A DNA stretch of 64,000 bases from Octopus sinensis. Its lineage: Eukaryota. The translations under genes were made by a program, and so were the position numbers. The notes beneath the pieces were generated by a model, which worked only from the letters and a program-made list of their open reading frames with translations, was not told where the DNA came from and searched no databases. This document shows positions 13,382 to 27,822 of this stretch, one piece after another. Location of the stretch: NCBI RefSeq assembly GCF_006345805.1, contig NC_043008.1, positions 15,500,001 through 15,564,000 of the forward strand, read 5' to 3'. How positions within the stretch are numbered: position 1 is the first letter of the stretch; each line of letters opens with the position of its first letter.

Positions 13382-13656
13382 GGGATTTAAAAAAAACAAT
13401 TCTTTAGTTCGAGTCACCATTCTACATGCTCTACTTTTGGCAACAATGTTAGCGTTAACATTGCATTCAATTCTATTTATGAATAAAGGGAAAACGTTAA
13501 CCTCTACATATTGGACAAGACTTCAGTAAATCAGTAAACCAATAACTATTTCATATTCAGGCGTGGGTGTGTGGTAAGATATATACTTGTCAACCTCACG
13601 GTCCTGGGTTCAGTCCTACTATATGGCACCATTGGCAAATGTCTACAACTCTTCTA

Positions 13657-14328
13657 GTGCGTAACTGGTACATAATTTATTGACCCCGAAAGGAGGAAAG
13701 GCAAAGTCTACCTTGGTGGAATTTGAACTCAGAACGTAAAGGCAGACAAAATATCCTTTTCTACTCTAGGCACAAGGCCTGAAACTTTTAGAAGAGGATT
13801 AAGTCGAGTAGATCGACCCAATACGCAACTGGTACTTAATTTACCGACCCCAAAAGGATGAAAGGAAAAGTCAACCTCGGTGTAATTTCAACTCAGAACG
13901 TAACGGCAGACGAAATACCTATTTCTTTGTTACCCACAAGCGGCTAAACACAGAGGGGACAAATAAGGACAGACAAACGGATTAAGTCGATTATATCGAT
14001 CCGAGTGCGTAACTTGTACTTATTTAATCGACCCCGAAAGGATGAAAGACAATGTCGACCTCGGCGGAATTTGAACTCAGAAAGTAACGGCAGACGAAAT
14101 ACCTATTTCTTTACTACCCACAAAGAGCTAAACACAGGGGACAAACAAGGACAGAGAAACGGATTAAGTCGATTACATCGACACCAGTGCGTAACTGGTA
14201 CTTATTTTATCGACCCCGAAATGATGAAAGGCAAAGTCGACCTCCGCGAAATTTGAACTCAGGACGGCAGACGAAATACCGCTAAGCATTTCGCCCGGCG
14301 TGCTAACGTTTCTGCCAGTTCGCCGCCT
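13657..14328 (-). mobile_element. SINE family C tandem multimer (4 cores)
   Basis: Cores repeat with a ~180 bp period. Confidence 0.85.
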
Positions 14329-16108
14329 TTCTGTTACTATATTATTGCAAAATAGAATAGATTTTAACCAGTGTATTATGATTGATTTGCCATATAAATT
14401 CTAACAGTATCCTGTTCGGGTCCTTTCATTTCAGGCGTCCTTGATAGCTCTCATACTCTTGAAATATGTCAACCCTATTTTATTTCAGTTTTAGAAAGTA
14501 CCGTTTTGAATGGGATAAATACAGGAGTCTCATGTGAAACAAACTAAACGATTTCTGTCTATAGTATTTTTTTCTTCTTAAAAAAATAAACGAGTTTTCG
14601 TTATTCATTTAGTTCCGGTAGGACGTTAGAAGGAGGGAATATCATTAGTCAGTGATTATATTTGTATGAGCAGTTTCCTGTAAACGAAATCCGGTGATTA
14701 CTTATTCCAAATTCAATGAAGAGTTGTCAAGAAATCATTGTGGAATGCTGTGAGAAGACTCCGGAAACAAATGAATCTTTGATATGTTCCTATCGATATA
14801 CATAAGTACTTACAGCCCGAGGTTCACCGTATCTGTCGCAATCTCTTAGAATTGTGATATAATATTTAAATCTTTTTCTTGCTATTTTCATGATAGCAAT
14901 AGTTATCTCCATATCATTGTATTTTGCTTGTTAAAAATATGCGATTCGTTTCATTTGTTGTAGTGTTGTAGGCGTTGGGATCTTCAAATTTATCAAACGA
15001 TGAAGCAGGAGAGGGGTTTAATACGCAGAATGAAGTCTTTGTTGCTCAAATGCGACTACGGCTTAAGGAAGCGCTGTTTTATTCTGTTTTCATCCTAAGC
15101 TTGTATATAATGAATTGCCCACAAAAAAATATGGTTGAATTTTTTCTCCTCCTTGTTGTATTTGACTACGTAAACACAAGCTGTCAAAATAATTATTTCA
15201 GAGTTTTAATCAAATAGTAACGAGTAAAAATTGCCGAGAATGAAACAGTCTCATTCGGTTAATGCATTGGACCTCCTTGTCGAAATTTACAAGTGTTATG
15301 TGTTCGAATCTGATGCAAATGTTAAACTGCAAGCATTTAACTAAAGTACATTGTCATGCGCTTAAACTAAAAGTAGCAAACACACTTTCGCTGTTACATT
15401 TAATTAAGAAATTAGTTAACATCTATATAAACAAATTTAATATTTTTTCCATTCATTCATTATAATCATCCGACACTTTATACAATCCCGTCTATTTCAC
15501 ATAGCATCAATTTTTTTTTTTACATAGTTGAAAACCAAAGTGGTCCCTTAACTGTGTTCCTCGATCTATGATATTTGTCCGTGTGTCTAAGCATATTTCC
15601 TACTCTTAGAATCACGTTGGTAGAATATTTCTCCTACAATATATTCCAAGTACAGAAGTCGATACATTACACTAAATTTCTCCAGGGCGGTGTGCTCCAG
15701 GATGGCCGCAGACTAATGACTGAAACATGTAAAAGAATGGCATCGTCGTCGTCGTCATCATCATCATCCTCATCACCATCATTATTATTATTAGTAGTAG
15801 TAGTAAGACAGCTAATTGGTAGCGCGCTTTTGTCCGCCCTTGCGTTCTTAGTTCAAATTTCCCCGGGGACGACTTTGCTCTCCATCCCTCCGAGGTCGAT
15901 AAAATAAGTACCAGTTGAATACTGGGGTCGACGTAACCAACTTAAATCCTCCCACCAAATTTTAGACCCTGTGCCTATAGTAGGAAGGATTATTGTTATT
16001 GTTATCGTCGTCGTCGTCATCATCATCATCATCATCATTACCAGCACCACCACCGCCATTATCATAATCATTATCAACATCATCTTCCTCGTCGTCGTCG
16101 TTGTTGTT

Positions 16109-16512
16109 CTTTTACCCTGTTACTCTTTTACTCTTTGACTGGTTTCAGGCATTTGGAGCACCGCCTTTAGTCGAGCTAATCGACCCCAATACTTATCCTT
16201 TGTAAGCCTAGTAGTTATTCTATCGGGCTCTTTTGCCGAACCGATAAGTTACGCGGACGTAAACACACCAGCATCGGTTATGAAGCGATGTTGAGGGTGG
16301 AGACAAACACAGACACGCAAACACGCACACAGATATACATACATATATACGACGGGCTTCTTTCAGTTTCCGTCTACCAAATCCCCTCACAAAACTTTGA
16401 TCAGCCCGAGGCTATATTAGAAGACACTTGCCCAAGGTGCCACGCAGTGGGACTGAACCCGGAACCATGTGGCTGGTAAGCAAGCTACTTCTCACACAGC
16501 CACTCCTGCGCC
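16109..16512 (-). mobile_element. SINE family A, full length
   Basis: High similarity to 52063-52475. Confidence 0.9.
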
Positions 16513-16524
16513 TGTTGTTGTTGC

Positions 16525-16592
<68 letters not shown>

Positions 16593-17308
16593 GCATTATT
16601 GTTGTGAATGTCGAGTTATTGCAAATTGACATTTGTAATACAGTGGAGGAATATTAAGAGGAATAACATCAGTTAATTATGTCAAGTCATTCATAGCATT
16701 GTGTTTATGCACCGACTGGTAAAATTATGAATACTGAAAATATGTACATTTATATTAATAAATAAATAGAACGTCATCGAAAACATTGAATATGCTGCGA
16801 ATAGCTTGGTAGAAAAGACTTAAGAAATTACAACATTTCTATGTAGTGGCTTTGAATATTATTTTATACATCTGGGATAGCATACATCATTAATTCCGAG
16901 CACTTTGCTGTTCCGATAAGCTTTGATTATTAATGCATTATTATTGTATGAAAATAAGAGAAAATGAAATTCCATTCTGAATAAGAGCAGCACATAATAT
17001 CATGTATTAATGAATGTTTGTAGGAATTCTACTGTATAACAGCTAATTTCAATTTTCGTTTACCTAGCTCATTGAATGGAGGAGCAGAGGAGAAAGCCTA
17101 TGTTGTTAGCGATACCTTGACAAACCAGAAATGTAAATGGAAGTGAAACATGTATGGGAAAAAATAACGCCATGATTGGAATGTTCGAGGCTGCTTGGAA
17201 CTGAAAGTGAATACTATTTTCCTAATATTCGTGTTTCTGTTGTTTGTCTCTAACCTTAGTGTTAATTGTAACGCTGGAGCAACATCGACTGTGTTAGCAT
17301 GTAGTTTT

Positions 17309-17483
17309 ATGATGATGATGATGATGACGATTATGACGATGATGATGGTAATGGTGATGGTGGTGATGATGAGGATGATGATGATGATGGTGATGGTGAT
17401 GATGATGATGATGGTGATGATGGTGACGATGATGATGGTGATGATGATGACGATGATGATGATGATGGTAATGATGATGTTGA

Positions 17484-17515
<32 letters not shown>

Positions 17516-17859
17516 ATGATTATGATGGGGGTGATGATGATGATGATGGTGATGAGGATGATGATGATGATGCTGATGCTGATGGTGATGATGATGATGA
17601 TGGCGATGATGCTGATGCTGATGGTGATGATGATGATGATGATGATGGTGATGGCGATGATGATGATGGTGATGATGATGATGATGGTGATGGTGATGAT
17701 GATGATGATGATGGTGATGATGATGGTGGTGATGTGATGATGATGATGATGGTGATGTTGATGATGATGATGATGATGGTAATGGTGATGGTGATGATGA
17801 TGATGATGATGATGATGATGGTGATGATGGTGATGATGATGATGATGATGTTGATGATG

Positions 17860-17895
<36 letters not shown>

Positions 17896-17985
17896 TTGAT
17901 GATGTTGATGATGGTAGTGGTGATGATGATGATGATGATGATGATGATGGTAGTGGTGATGATGATGATGATGATGATAATAATA

Positions 17986-18021
<36 letters not shown>
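17309..18021. repeat. ~700-bp compound (GAT/GGT)n then (AAT)n microsatellite
   Basis: Direct inspection. Confidence 0.95.
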
Positions 18022-18023
<2 letters not shown>

Positions 18024-18149
18024 CTTGGAATGGAATATTTCCGGGGAATAAGTTTGGCGTTGCGCTCAAAATTGACCGGATGGAATAAGATCCAAGCAGT
18101 TAATACATGAGTGATAGCATCACTTCGGTATGGTGCACTGGAATTATGA

Positions 18150-18312
18150 AATGGTAAAAGAAAGGACTACATTATTTACATTTGATGGATATTTTGTCCT
18201 TTATCTTGTTTGTTGCTAACACAACGCTTCGGCTGATATACACACCATACTTCATCAGGTATCTTGGGGAAATTTCGAAACTGGGTTCTCATTCCTAAGG
18301 TAGTTTTCGATG
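18150..18312 (-). mobile_element. PLE-terminus-like fragment with a decayed hammerhead (18218-18263)
   Basis: atac-CTGATGA-agtatggtgtgtatatcagcc-GAAG-c-GTT-gtgt on the minus strand. Confidence 0.45.
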
Positions 18313-18348
18313 TTGTTGTCGTTGTTGTTGTTATTGCTGTTGTTGTTG

Positions 18349-18416
<68 letters not shown>

Positions 18417-18849
18417 GCAATTGTTTTATTCGAGAATACTTCATAGCTACATTTTATAGATTTACATAGTTCTGATGCCTGCGACTACCTGCGCGAAACT
18501 TTAGCATATTTAAATTAGCCGATTTGAGACAACCCATAGCTTTTAAAGGTTCTCTTAGTTCTTTATTCTGTTTAAATATGAAGAAATGTATTTTCTAAAG
18601 AAGTCAGCACAATCTTATTTGAAACTATAACAAGTTTGTAGTTCAGATGTTGTGGGTACTTTATCTAAAGATTTATTATTCAATAAATCATGGATTACTG
18701 AGTGGAACTGGAGGTACCTTGCATTTTTCTAACAATATCATTGACAATTACCGTATTTAATGGCATATTAGACGAACGGGAACATAAGATGCAAACCCGT
18801 TTCAGCAGCGCATGTTCAGGGAAAATGATTTTGTGTATAAAAGATTATG

Positions 18850-19900
18850 GAGATCGATATGACGGGAGGAAACTTCTCATATAGGACCTAAGGTGTATTT
18901 AAACAGTTTCGAGCCATTATTTTGTAACTTCATTAAATCGGGGTTAATGACAAGGGGTGGTAAAATATTTTCTTTATGTCACCTAAAGACCTGAGTGAAT
19001 GTTATTTCTTCCACGATAACCTACGTGTCTGTTATTTTCTATTATAATAATCTAAATGACTGAGAAAGCAGCAACGCTAGGTGAATTCTTGCATGTCCAT
19101 AACAGAGAAAATTAAGATATCCAGCAAGGTTCCCTTGGTGATCGTCGTATTCAGTTCATTTAAAAAGAATGTCTGTTAACCTAAGATTTTTAAATGCACC
19201 GAATAGATAGTTTGAAATTTCTATTATGCAATAAAATTGTAGTGACGAATCAATAAAACGTCGACATTCACTTGCATGATGACTTTCAAATAAATATCAG
19301 AAAGTCCATTAATGTCAGGACAATAAAACCGAGGACCATCCATTTTGGAATAAACTACTAAATCAGAATTGCGCTTCCGATAGTAATTCACAATCATAGT
19401 TTCTTCAAGTCTATGACTGTCTTTTAACTGAGAAGCGAGAAACTCCACCGTATCCTTTGGGACTTATGAATCGCTAAAAAGATTGCTCAATTTCTCTTGT
19501 TTGAAAATAACTGGGTTTGTGATTCCTTCTAGTGTGTGCTTGGAACGAAAGGAAAATCCTGGGAAGCCATAAGCAATTGCACCTCCAACATTATATAATA
19601 TTTTCGATATTGTTTGAGCTCGTGGCGTGGCGGATAAGGAGCAGGCAATGTTTCATCATACGAAAGAAATCTACATGCGGAATTCACATTTAGGATACAT
19701 ACGTATATGTTTTAGACGAAAACTTCAGACGAATCCTTCTGGAACATTCTCCTACTGCGGTCTGTGTTTCCTTGTAGCATTCTAATCATAATTTGGTTGA
19801 TGTCTTTCTTCGTACTTTATCTGCAATGACAATCTACCACAAATTTGTGACCTCTGACAGCTTCTGATCTCCAATCGTCACAGAATGATTAGGGGAGTAC
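18850..19900 (-). mobile_element. Highly decayed Chapaev3-like (CMC group) DNA transposase
   Basis: Collinear remnants GDQK, YDETLPAPYPP, EFLASQLKDSHRL..YYRKR..FYCPDINGL, CCFL, ILPPLVINPDLMK; family name assigned from memory. Confidence 0.5.
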
Positions 19901-20936
19901 ATAAGAAGTGTGGTCGTTGAATGCTACTATCGTTTACAATATTTTCAATATATTCGGGTTTGGGAGATTTCGTGTATGCATGTGTGAATATTGTTATTGC
20001 TGTTGTTGCAAAATATCATAAGATGGTTCAAATGAGTGTCATTGTCAACAGAAAAAAAACTTGCCATTTTACCATTTAAAACACAAGAATTATAATACTT
20101 CTTTATCATTTCTCGTGTATGGTCATCGCAGTGTTATCTTTATTTGAGGCGCATCTCCAGTATATTTTGTAGACATTTTACACGTATATTTAGGACAAAA
20201 GAAAAATAAGCTATCGACAAAACATATTTCCGTCTGAACCATGTAAGCGCAGACATTGAAATTCTTCAAAGATTACCCTAGTAAAAATCGATGAAAACAT
20301 TGTTTAATGTCGTTGCTCTGATAGAATCCAGGGCTATGAACAGTGAGTAATATATAAATGTGAACAGGTTTGTGGTCCTTAATTATAACAACAACAACAG
20401 CAATAATAATAACAACAATGAGAAACATTTCACCAATAACAAGTGATAACACATGGAGAAAAACTAAAAATAATTATGTAATTTCAGTCAAAAGTGATAA
20501 TGAAGAAGTCAGAAGCTACAGAAAGAGAAATATGGTATAAAAAGCAGGAGAAAGAAGTAAGTTATGAAAATATAGGAGAACGCTGAAATTATATAGAATT
20601 AAACGCATAAATGGCTGGAGAAATAAAGTTAGACTGCGAGGAAATAATTTGAGAAGTAATACATCAATGCTCAGAAAATAGTACCACTTCTTCAATTAAG
20701 AAACAACAGTAGCACAAGCAGCAGCAGTAGCACTAGTTATGGTTGTAGTAGTAGTAGTAGTAGTAGTTGTTGTTGTTGTTGTTATTGTAGTATTAGTAGT
20801 AAAGTTAATGATAATATTTATTCTATGATTGTGGTGCTTCTCAAAATTAATGGGGAAGAAACCGTCAATGGAATCGACTAATAAGTAATTAGAACTTCTA
20901 TGTACCGAGGGTAACGACAGCAATAACAACAACAGT

Positions 20937-21118
20937 GGAGGCGCAATGGCCTAGTGGTTAGGGCAGCGGACTAGCGGTCGTAAGAACGCGGTTTCGATTC
21001 TCATGCAGGGCATTGTGAGTGTTTATTAAGCTCCACGATGCTCTGGCGGGGGCTGAGTTGGTGGTGAACCCCGCTGTACTCTTTCACCTCAATTTTCTTT
21101 CACTCTTTCTTCCTACTT
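20937..21118 (+). mobile_element. SINE family B 5' part (others at 22642-22757, 31705-31905)
   Basis: Similarity to 40013-40400. Confidence 0.8.
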
Positions 21119-21385
21119 CTGCCACAAAGCAGAGAAACCATGGTGTAATCCATTATGGTGTGGTAAACTTTCAGACCCTAGTCTAGATTGCTAATCCCCT
21201 GTATCCCAGGATGTTTCCGCTCTTCACCTGTTAAAAGGCACCGTTTACGGAATGAGGATAACAACGTAGCTTTCGCACCCGTGAAACCGCCTGTGGGTGG
21301 ATCTTGAAGTTGCCACACACATTCTTAGTAGGCTCGAATTAGAGATTTTTCTTTGCGGTTAATGGCGTGAGTCCTGATTGGAAGA

Positions 21386-21408
21386 AGACAACAACAAAAA
21401 CAACAATA

Positions 21409-21466
<58 letters not shown>

Positions 21467-21471
21467 TACTA

Positions 21472-21508
<37 letters not shown>

Positions 21509-21579
21509 CACTACTAATACTACTACTGCTGTTGTTGTTGCTGCTGCTGCTGCTACTACTACTACTACTACTACTGCTG

Positions 21580-21619
<40 letters not shown>

Positions 21620-21646
21620 AACTACTACTACTACTAGTGGTACTAC
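21386..21646. repeat. (CTA)n/(CTG)n compound microsatellite
   Basis: Direct inspection. Confidence 0.95.
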
Positions 21647-22303
21647 TCAGTGATGGAAGTTTTATGTTAGCCGCACGAAGTGATGCATGTCCAGAAATAA
21701 CTGTAAGACAAACATTGATGTAACAAGATTCTAAAATCAGTTACAGACTTTTGAAGAATTGCAATGAGGCGAATGACTACATTATTTCGGACTTTTAAGG
21801 CGCTATGTGATCATGTTTATGTCAATCAGACAATCTATTAATAATTCATCGGGAACACTGCAGGAATGGTAAAAGGAAATATCAAATAAAATATCCAATA
21901 CGTTACATGAAAGTCACGTTGCCACAACCATATGTGACATGTCGATGCAGACTGACTAAAAAATATACAGGGAAATTGTGCATATATAATTATCGATGGC
22001 AGTGAAAATATCACTGCAGCCATTTCAATACCATTTGACCGAATCATGTTTAAGAAGTAAAGAAATTGTCACTGTTCAATATTTCAAGGTAAATACAAAG
22101 ACAATAATAATTGTAGCGATCTTAATTATTACCAGTTATTATTATTATCGTACTTTAAAAAAAAAATATTTCTCTGCAGATATGCAAGCATTCTTGCACG
22201 TAGCCGTATGAACATACACGCATGAATAAAATGTTATATTACAATATATGATATTATATTACATTATGTTATATTATAATACTTTATATATATATATATA
22301 TAT

Positions 22304-22433
22304 ATCACGTGATCACGTGACCGACCAGACCATCAGATGATTTACACATCGCTGGTCACAATGCGTTCGCATTGTTTTAGCCTTCGAATGACGCCTCCCC
22401 GCTGGCTAAGCGAGTAGGCCAACAGAAGAAAGA
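22304..22433 (-). mobile_element. Short retroposon 3'-end-like fragment in (TA)n
   Basis: GC-richer island flanked by (TA)n, with a short CACGTGA duplication at one end. Confidence 0.4.
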
Positions 22434-23599
22434 CATATACATATATATATATATTTAAAAAAGGAGATGTGGAACACGAGTTGTGATATATAAAAAAGGA
22501 AATGAAGAAAATGCTGACAAAATAATTTAAGTAATTTAAGTAAGTTAATTAGGTGGAAGTTCTTTTTACCGGTTGCGCATTTGTTATGCTTATCAAAAGT
22601 TTTTTCCTCTTATCAGATAAGAGGAAAAAACTCTATATATATGGTGGTGCAATGGTGCAGTGGTTAGGGCAGCGGGCTCACGGTTGTAAGATCGCGGTTT
22701 CGATTCCCAGATCGGGCGTTGTGAGTCGTTATTGAGCGAAAACACCTAAAGCTCCATTTTCAGTTGCCCAATTCCATCCCATTCAACTGTTTCAGGTACT
22801 GATTATAAGAATACCCTTTATTGTCATTGATTCAACATGGGAACCAGAAGTCATATTTTTATTTCTCAGATTTCTCGCATTTTCACTTCTCCTCTCACAA
22901 AATCTATCGATGCAATTTGTTTCGTTTATATATTGTCTTTCTTGGAACCAGATGAAAGGGTTTTGTTCTGTACGCGTTTTATTGCTCCATTTATCAATAT
23001 TACATCGTTTTTTAAAACAGATATTTCGCAATCCTATAATACATATTTTATAATAAATTTCTTGCAATATTTATCGTTAAGGTAATTTTTCTTTGTCAAA
23101 TTTTGATTAGTGAAATCTAAATGAAGTTATTGCCTTTCTTCGCATTTCTGTGTTGTTCAGAACATTATAATTATAAGTTCTTATTGTGATAGCTAAATTA
23201 CTGAAGCATATAACCTAATTTTTACATTTAGCTATCTTTTAATTATCAATCTCTTCCATTTCTTCCAAACCATTTCTTTCATTTCTATCTGTTGTGCTTT
23301 CTTCGGTTCATTAATTCTTAAGAATTTGTAATTCAGTAATATTAACTTTGTCAACAAATTTGACCGAATCATTCAGTGATGTTTGCAAATGACAAACCCA
23401 ATTCGAATGAATAGGTCTACAAACGAGTCTAACACTTCGTGAATGATGATTCTTCGAGCTGTCTGGCAGTCTCATATTTTCTATACGGGGGATACTACGG
23501 GTTTTCATTTCATTCCATTTGATTTCAATATCATCACATCAAAAATTACGTACGCAGTCTATAATCTGTGCCTCTAAATTCTCATAATCACCCACACCT

Positions 23600-23828
23600 A
23601 CTCTCTTTTACTCTTTTACCTGTTTCAGTCATTTGACTGCGGCAATGCTGGAGCACCACCTTTTTGGTCTAGCAAATCGACCCCAGGACTTATTCTTTAT
23701 AAGCCTAGTACTTATTCTATCGGTCTCTTTTGCCGAACCGCTAAGTAACGGGGTCGTAAACACACCAGCATCGGTTGCCAAGCGATGTTGGGGGGGGGGC
23801 AAACACAGACACACAAACACACACACAC

Positions 23829-23861
<33 letters not shown>

Positions 23862-24024
23862 CGACGGGTTTCTTTCAGTTTCCGTCTACCAAATCCACTC
23901 ACAAAGCTTTGGTCGGCCCGAGGCTATAGTAGAAGACCCTTGCCCAAGGTGCCACACAATGGGACTGAACCCGGAACCGTGTGGTTGGTAAGCAAGCTAC
24001 TTACCCCACAGCCACTCCTGCGCC
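23600..24024 (-). mobile_element. SINE family A, full length
   Basis: High similarity to 52063-52475. Confidence 0.9.
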
Positions 24025-24479
24025 TATTGTGGCAATTACACTGAAATTGTTTATTCAGTAAACTTCTCCTTATTCATCTATGCCACGTCTTGGCTTCACG
24101 AGCTGTTCCAAGTCCTGTTACCAACAGAGTATTTCCCACAAAGTTTGGTATTTTCAGCTTTTGATTGCTGTCTTTGAGATGATTCTAATTGTACTGATCA
24201 CAATAGGTAGGGCTCACAAATTTGAGGTTCTATGGTTGCATTTTACTTCCAATGCGGCTACATCCTTTAGTTCACCTTATACTGAGTTCAAATTCCATCG
24301 TGATAGATTATGCATTTCATCCCATCGCGGTCGATAAAATAAGTACCAGTTGAACAAATGGGTTTATGTAATCGATTTACTGCCCCACGTTTTACAATTT
24401 CAGAGCTTGTACCAAAATTTGAAACCGCTCTTATTCTTGTAGTCTTACTTTTATTATATGTAGATTTGCTTTCATTATA

Positions 24480-24741
24480 TGCATTCACTGCACTACTAAA
24501 CGCAACTCTATATGCCTTGGCTCTGTGCTGTGGTTTGTTTTAATGTTGTTATATTTACAGTAGTGAAATTGCTTTATTTAGGATGTATGCAGTGTCTAGT
24601 AGTGATATTTTCTCTATGTTACGTATATTTTAATGCCTGACGTTTTGTTAATGTATTTGACCGTTTGTTATTTCTTTTTAAACCACATCTAACGTATCTA
24701 TTATTATAGGGATTATTTCTTTCTTCAGCCCCAGATTATCA

Positions 24742-24742
<1 letters not shown>
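24480..24742 (-). mobile_element. R4/Dong-like 3' remnant next to (TAA)n/(CAT)n
   Basis: Minus-strand remnants LGLKKEIIPIIIDTLDVV and NIEKISLLDTAYILNKAISLL*. Confidence 0.6.
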
Positions 24743-25305
<563 letters not shown>

Positions 25306-26043
25306 AAAAAGAATTATAAAGATGCCAAACAGTCGAAGTCGACGAAAAGATATAAATCTGCACAGACAATGAAAAACAACCAACACTATTTGCCGATTTG
25401 TCTTGTCTGCGTGCCAACTTGCCGCCATTCTCACTGTTGATCACGCAATCTACGAAATTACAATCAATAGAGAAGATCAGTGAGTTGATCACTCCGTTCG
25501 AAAAGATTTCTTTTACATTCTCATGAAACCATTGTTGATTAGAGACAAAGAGTTCTTAAGTCTCAACGTTGCACGTCAAGAGTGTAATTTGTGGTGGTGG
25601 TTGTTGTCGTGTTGTTGATGTTTTTGCTTCTTGTTGTAATTGTTGTTGTTGTTGTTGTTGTCCTTGTTGATGATGTTCTTTGATATTAGTTGCAATGTCT
25701 TGTTTTGGTGTCTACGCAAGTAACACACAAACACACACACACACGCATGGACACACACGCAGACGCACGTACACACATGCGAAAGCACGCAAACACACAA
25801 ATAAATGCTTATGCAAATACGCACATACACATATGTATCCATACACGTATCACTCTCAAGCATCCTCACGCTCATATTCTCTCTCTCTCTCTCTCTCCAT
25901 CTCTTAACAATATATACATGTGTGTGTACTTGTGTGTGTATAAATCTAGATATATGCATATCTATGTATCAGTCTATCTATCTATTTATCAATATATATA
26001 TATATATATAATAGTCTATCTATCTATTTAACTATCTATATGA

Positions 26044-26089
<46 letters not shown>

Positions 26090-26339
26090 ATGTTGCCCTG
26101 TATTCCACATATGGACACCTGATACTATAGATATAACGGTATGCTAAATTAGCGAAGCATGCAAAGAAAAATTCATCAGCATATAGATACATATGCTTTT
26201 TATATGTCAGTCTGTCTCTGTTTGTCCCTGTCTGTCTGTCTGTCCGCCATGTCTCTCCTTCTCTTTCTTTCTTTCTCTCTCTCTCCCTCTCTCTATATAT
26301 ATACATATATATATATACACTTATTTATGAATATAAACT

Positions 26340-26387
<48 letters not shown>

Positions 26388-26402
26388 ATATAAACATACA
26401 TA

Positions 26403-26743
26403 ATATAAAAGGGCTTAGTAAAATAAATTACTTTGCCGCATACTGAACTCATTAGAAATAGCAGCTAAAAAATCTTTTTTAAAAACTTACTTTAACCCCA
26501 TACTTTCGTGAGTTGAATTGAGCAAACAATATATGGGAGAGGTTTTCTTTAAGTATGGAAATAGTTTTAAAAAAGATTTTTTAGCTGCTATTTCTAATGA
26601 GTTCAGTATGCGGCAAAGTTATATTTTACTAAGCCCTTTTATATAATGTAATAATTTGAATTCGCCTTAAATGGTCCCTTTGCATACTGAATACTTGGTG
26701 AAATTGATTATTAATTAATTTTACCCTCAATTGTTGAAATTAT
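26403..26743 (+). mobile_element. Dispersed fold-back copy of the array unit, inserted in (TA)n
   Basis: An inverted ~85 bp arm is followed by the reverse complement of the array unit from CCCCATACTTTCGTG to ...TTGTTGAAATT. Confidence 0.85.
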
Positions 26744-26803
26744 AAACATACATATATATAAATAGAAACGTGTACATATATATATATATAGTATATGCAC
26801 ATG

Positions 26804-26846
<43 letters not shown>

Positions 26847-26899
26847 GCGTGTGTGTTTCTATGAGCACAGACACACACAAACATCAGCTATTAGATATA

Positions 26900-27445
26900 A
26901 CATATACAGTATGCATCAGTTTTTCGAAGACACCTCATTCAGAGGGGTTTTTTTGGTTTATTCTATCTTTTTACCTTATTTTTCTGATGAATCATGTCAG
27001 ACATCATGTTGACTCAGCAAATGAAAACGTATGCTGCAATAGTTTCTTTAAAAGCGCAGCTTAGTGATACAAAGATAGCTCGCTTCCTTAAAGGTGTCCG
27101 ATACTTCACTGTCAAGTTCCAAAGAAAGTGGAATCTATCGACAGTGAACTAACATCAGAAGCTAAGCGCCAAACATCATATAGAAGGCCATAATCCCATC
27201 AGGACACATAACTGTATACAGTGAGTTGAACATATACGCCATAAAATCCCAGGAAAATCAATCATAATCAATGGAAAGGATCTCAAAGTTTCAGAATGCA
27301 GCAAAAGACGAATTGTGCCTAATAACATCAGGTACAAGTTGCATGGGGTAAGTTTATGCTGGATGTGACAAGAATGAAATTTTCGATCCGTGCAAAGTGC
27401 TTGCTAAACAGGTTAGAACACCAAGAATTTGGAATGCTCTGGTGA
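26900..27445 (+). mobile_element. Decayed maT/mariner transposase N-terminal region
   Basis: MLTQQMKTYAAIVSLKAQLSDTKIARFLKGVRYF (HTH-like) starting at 27006. Confidence 0.55.
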
Positions 27446-27822
27446 GGCTTTATATTTTTAATACAATTGTCCCTATTAAATTTTGGACCACTCACTTTAA
27501 CGTTATGGATCCTCAATTTGTTTACTAAGACCCTTGAAATCTGAAATGGGTTGTATTAATTAAAATGGAAGTTAGTCATCACAATACGTGAAGTAACGAA
27601 ATATGGTAATCTTGTTATTAATTTACGAAATAAGGCTAAAACTTCCTTCATCCATGTGGATGAAAACGTTCCTAGCGTCTAAACTATCTTAACTTTTCAA
27701 TGAAGAACTTATATTTAATAGGAACATTTTAAATTCATCACTGATTAAAACTTATAATTTAGCAGCCTGAACGAAGTCAGTTCCTTTGTAGCACGAACGC
27801 TGGATTAGTATATATACAGTTT

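Noticed and set aside
17098-18110. Long poly-His/Ile, poly-Met and poly-Asp ORFs, one with a signal-peptide-like start
   Set aside because: Translations of a (GAT)n microsatellite with frame breaks; no splice or homology support
21120-21315. Possible HDV-like ribozyme or RTE 5' region next to a SINE head
   Set aside because: Could not assemble a convincing nested double pseudoknot by eye; needs a covariance-model search
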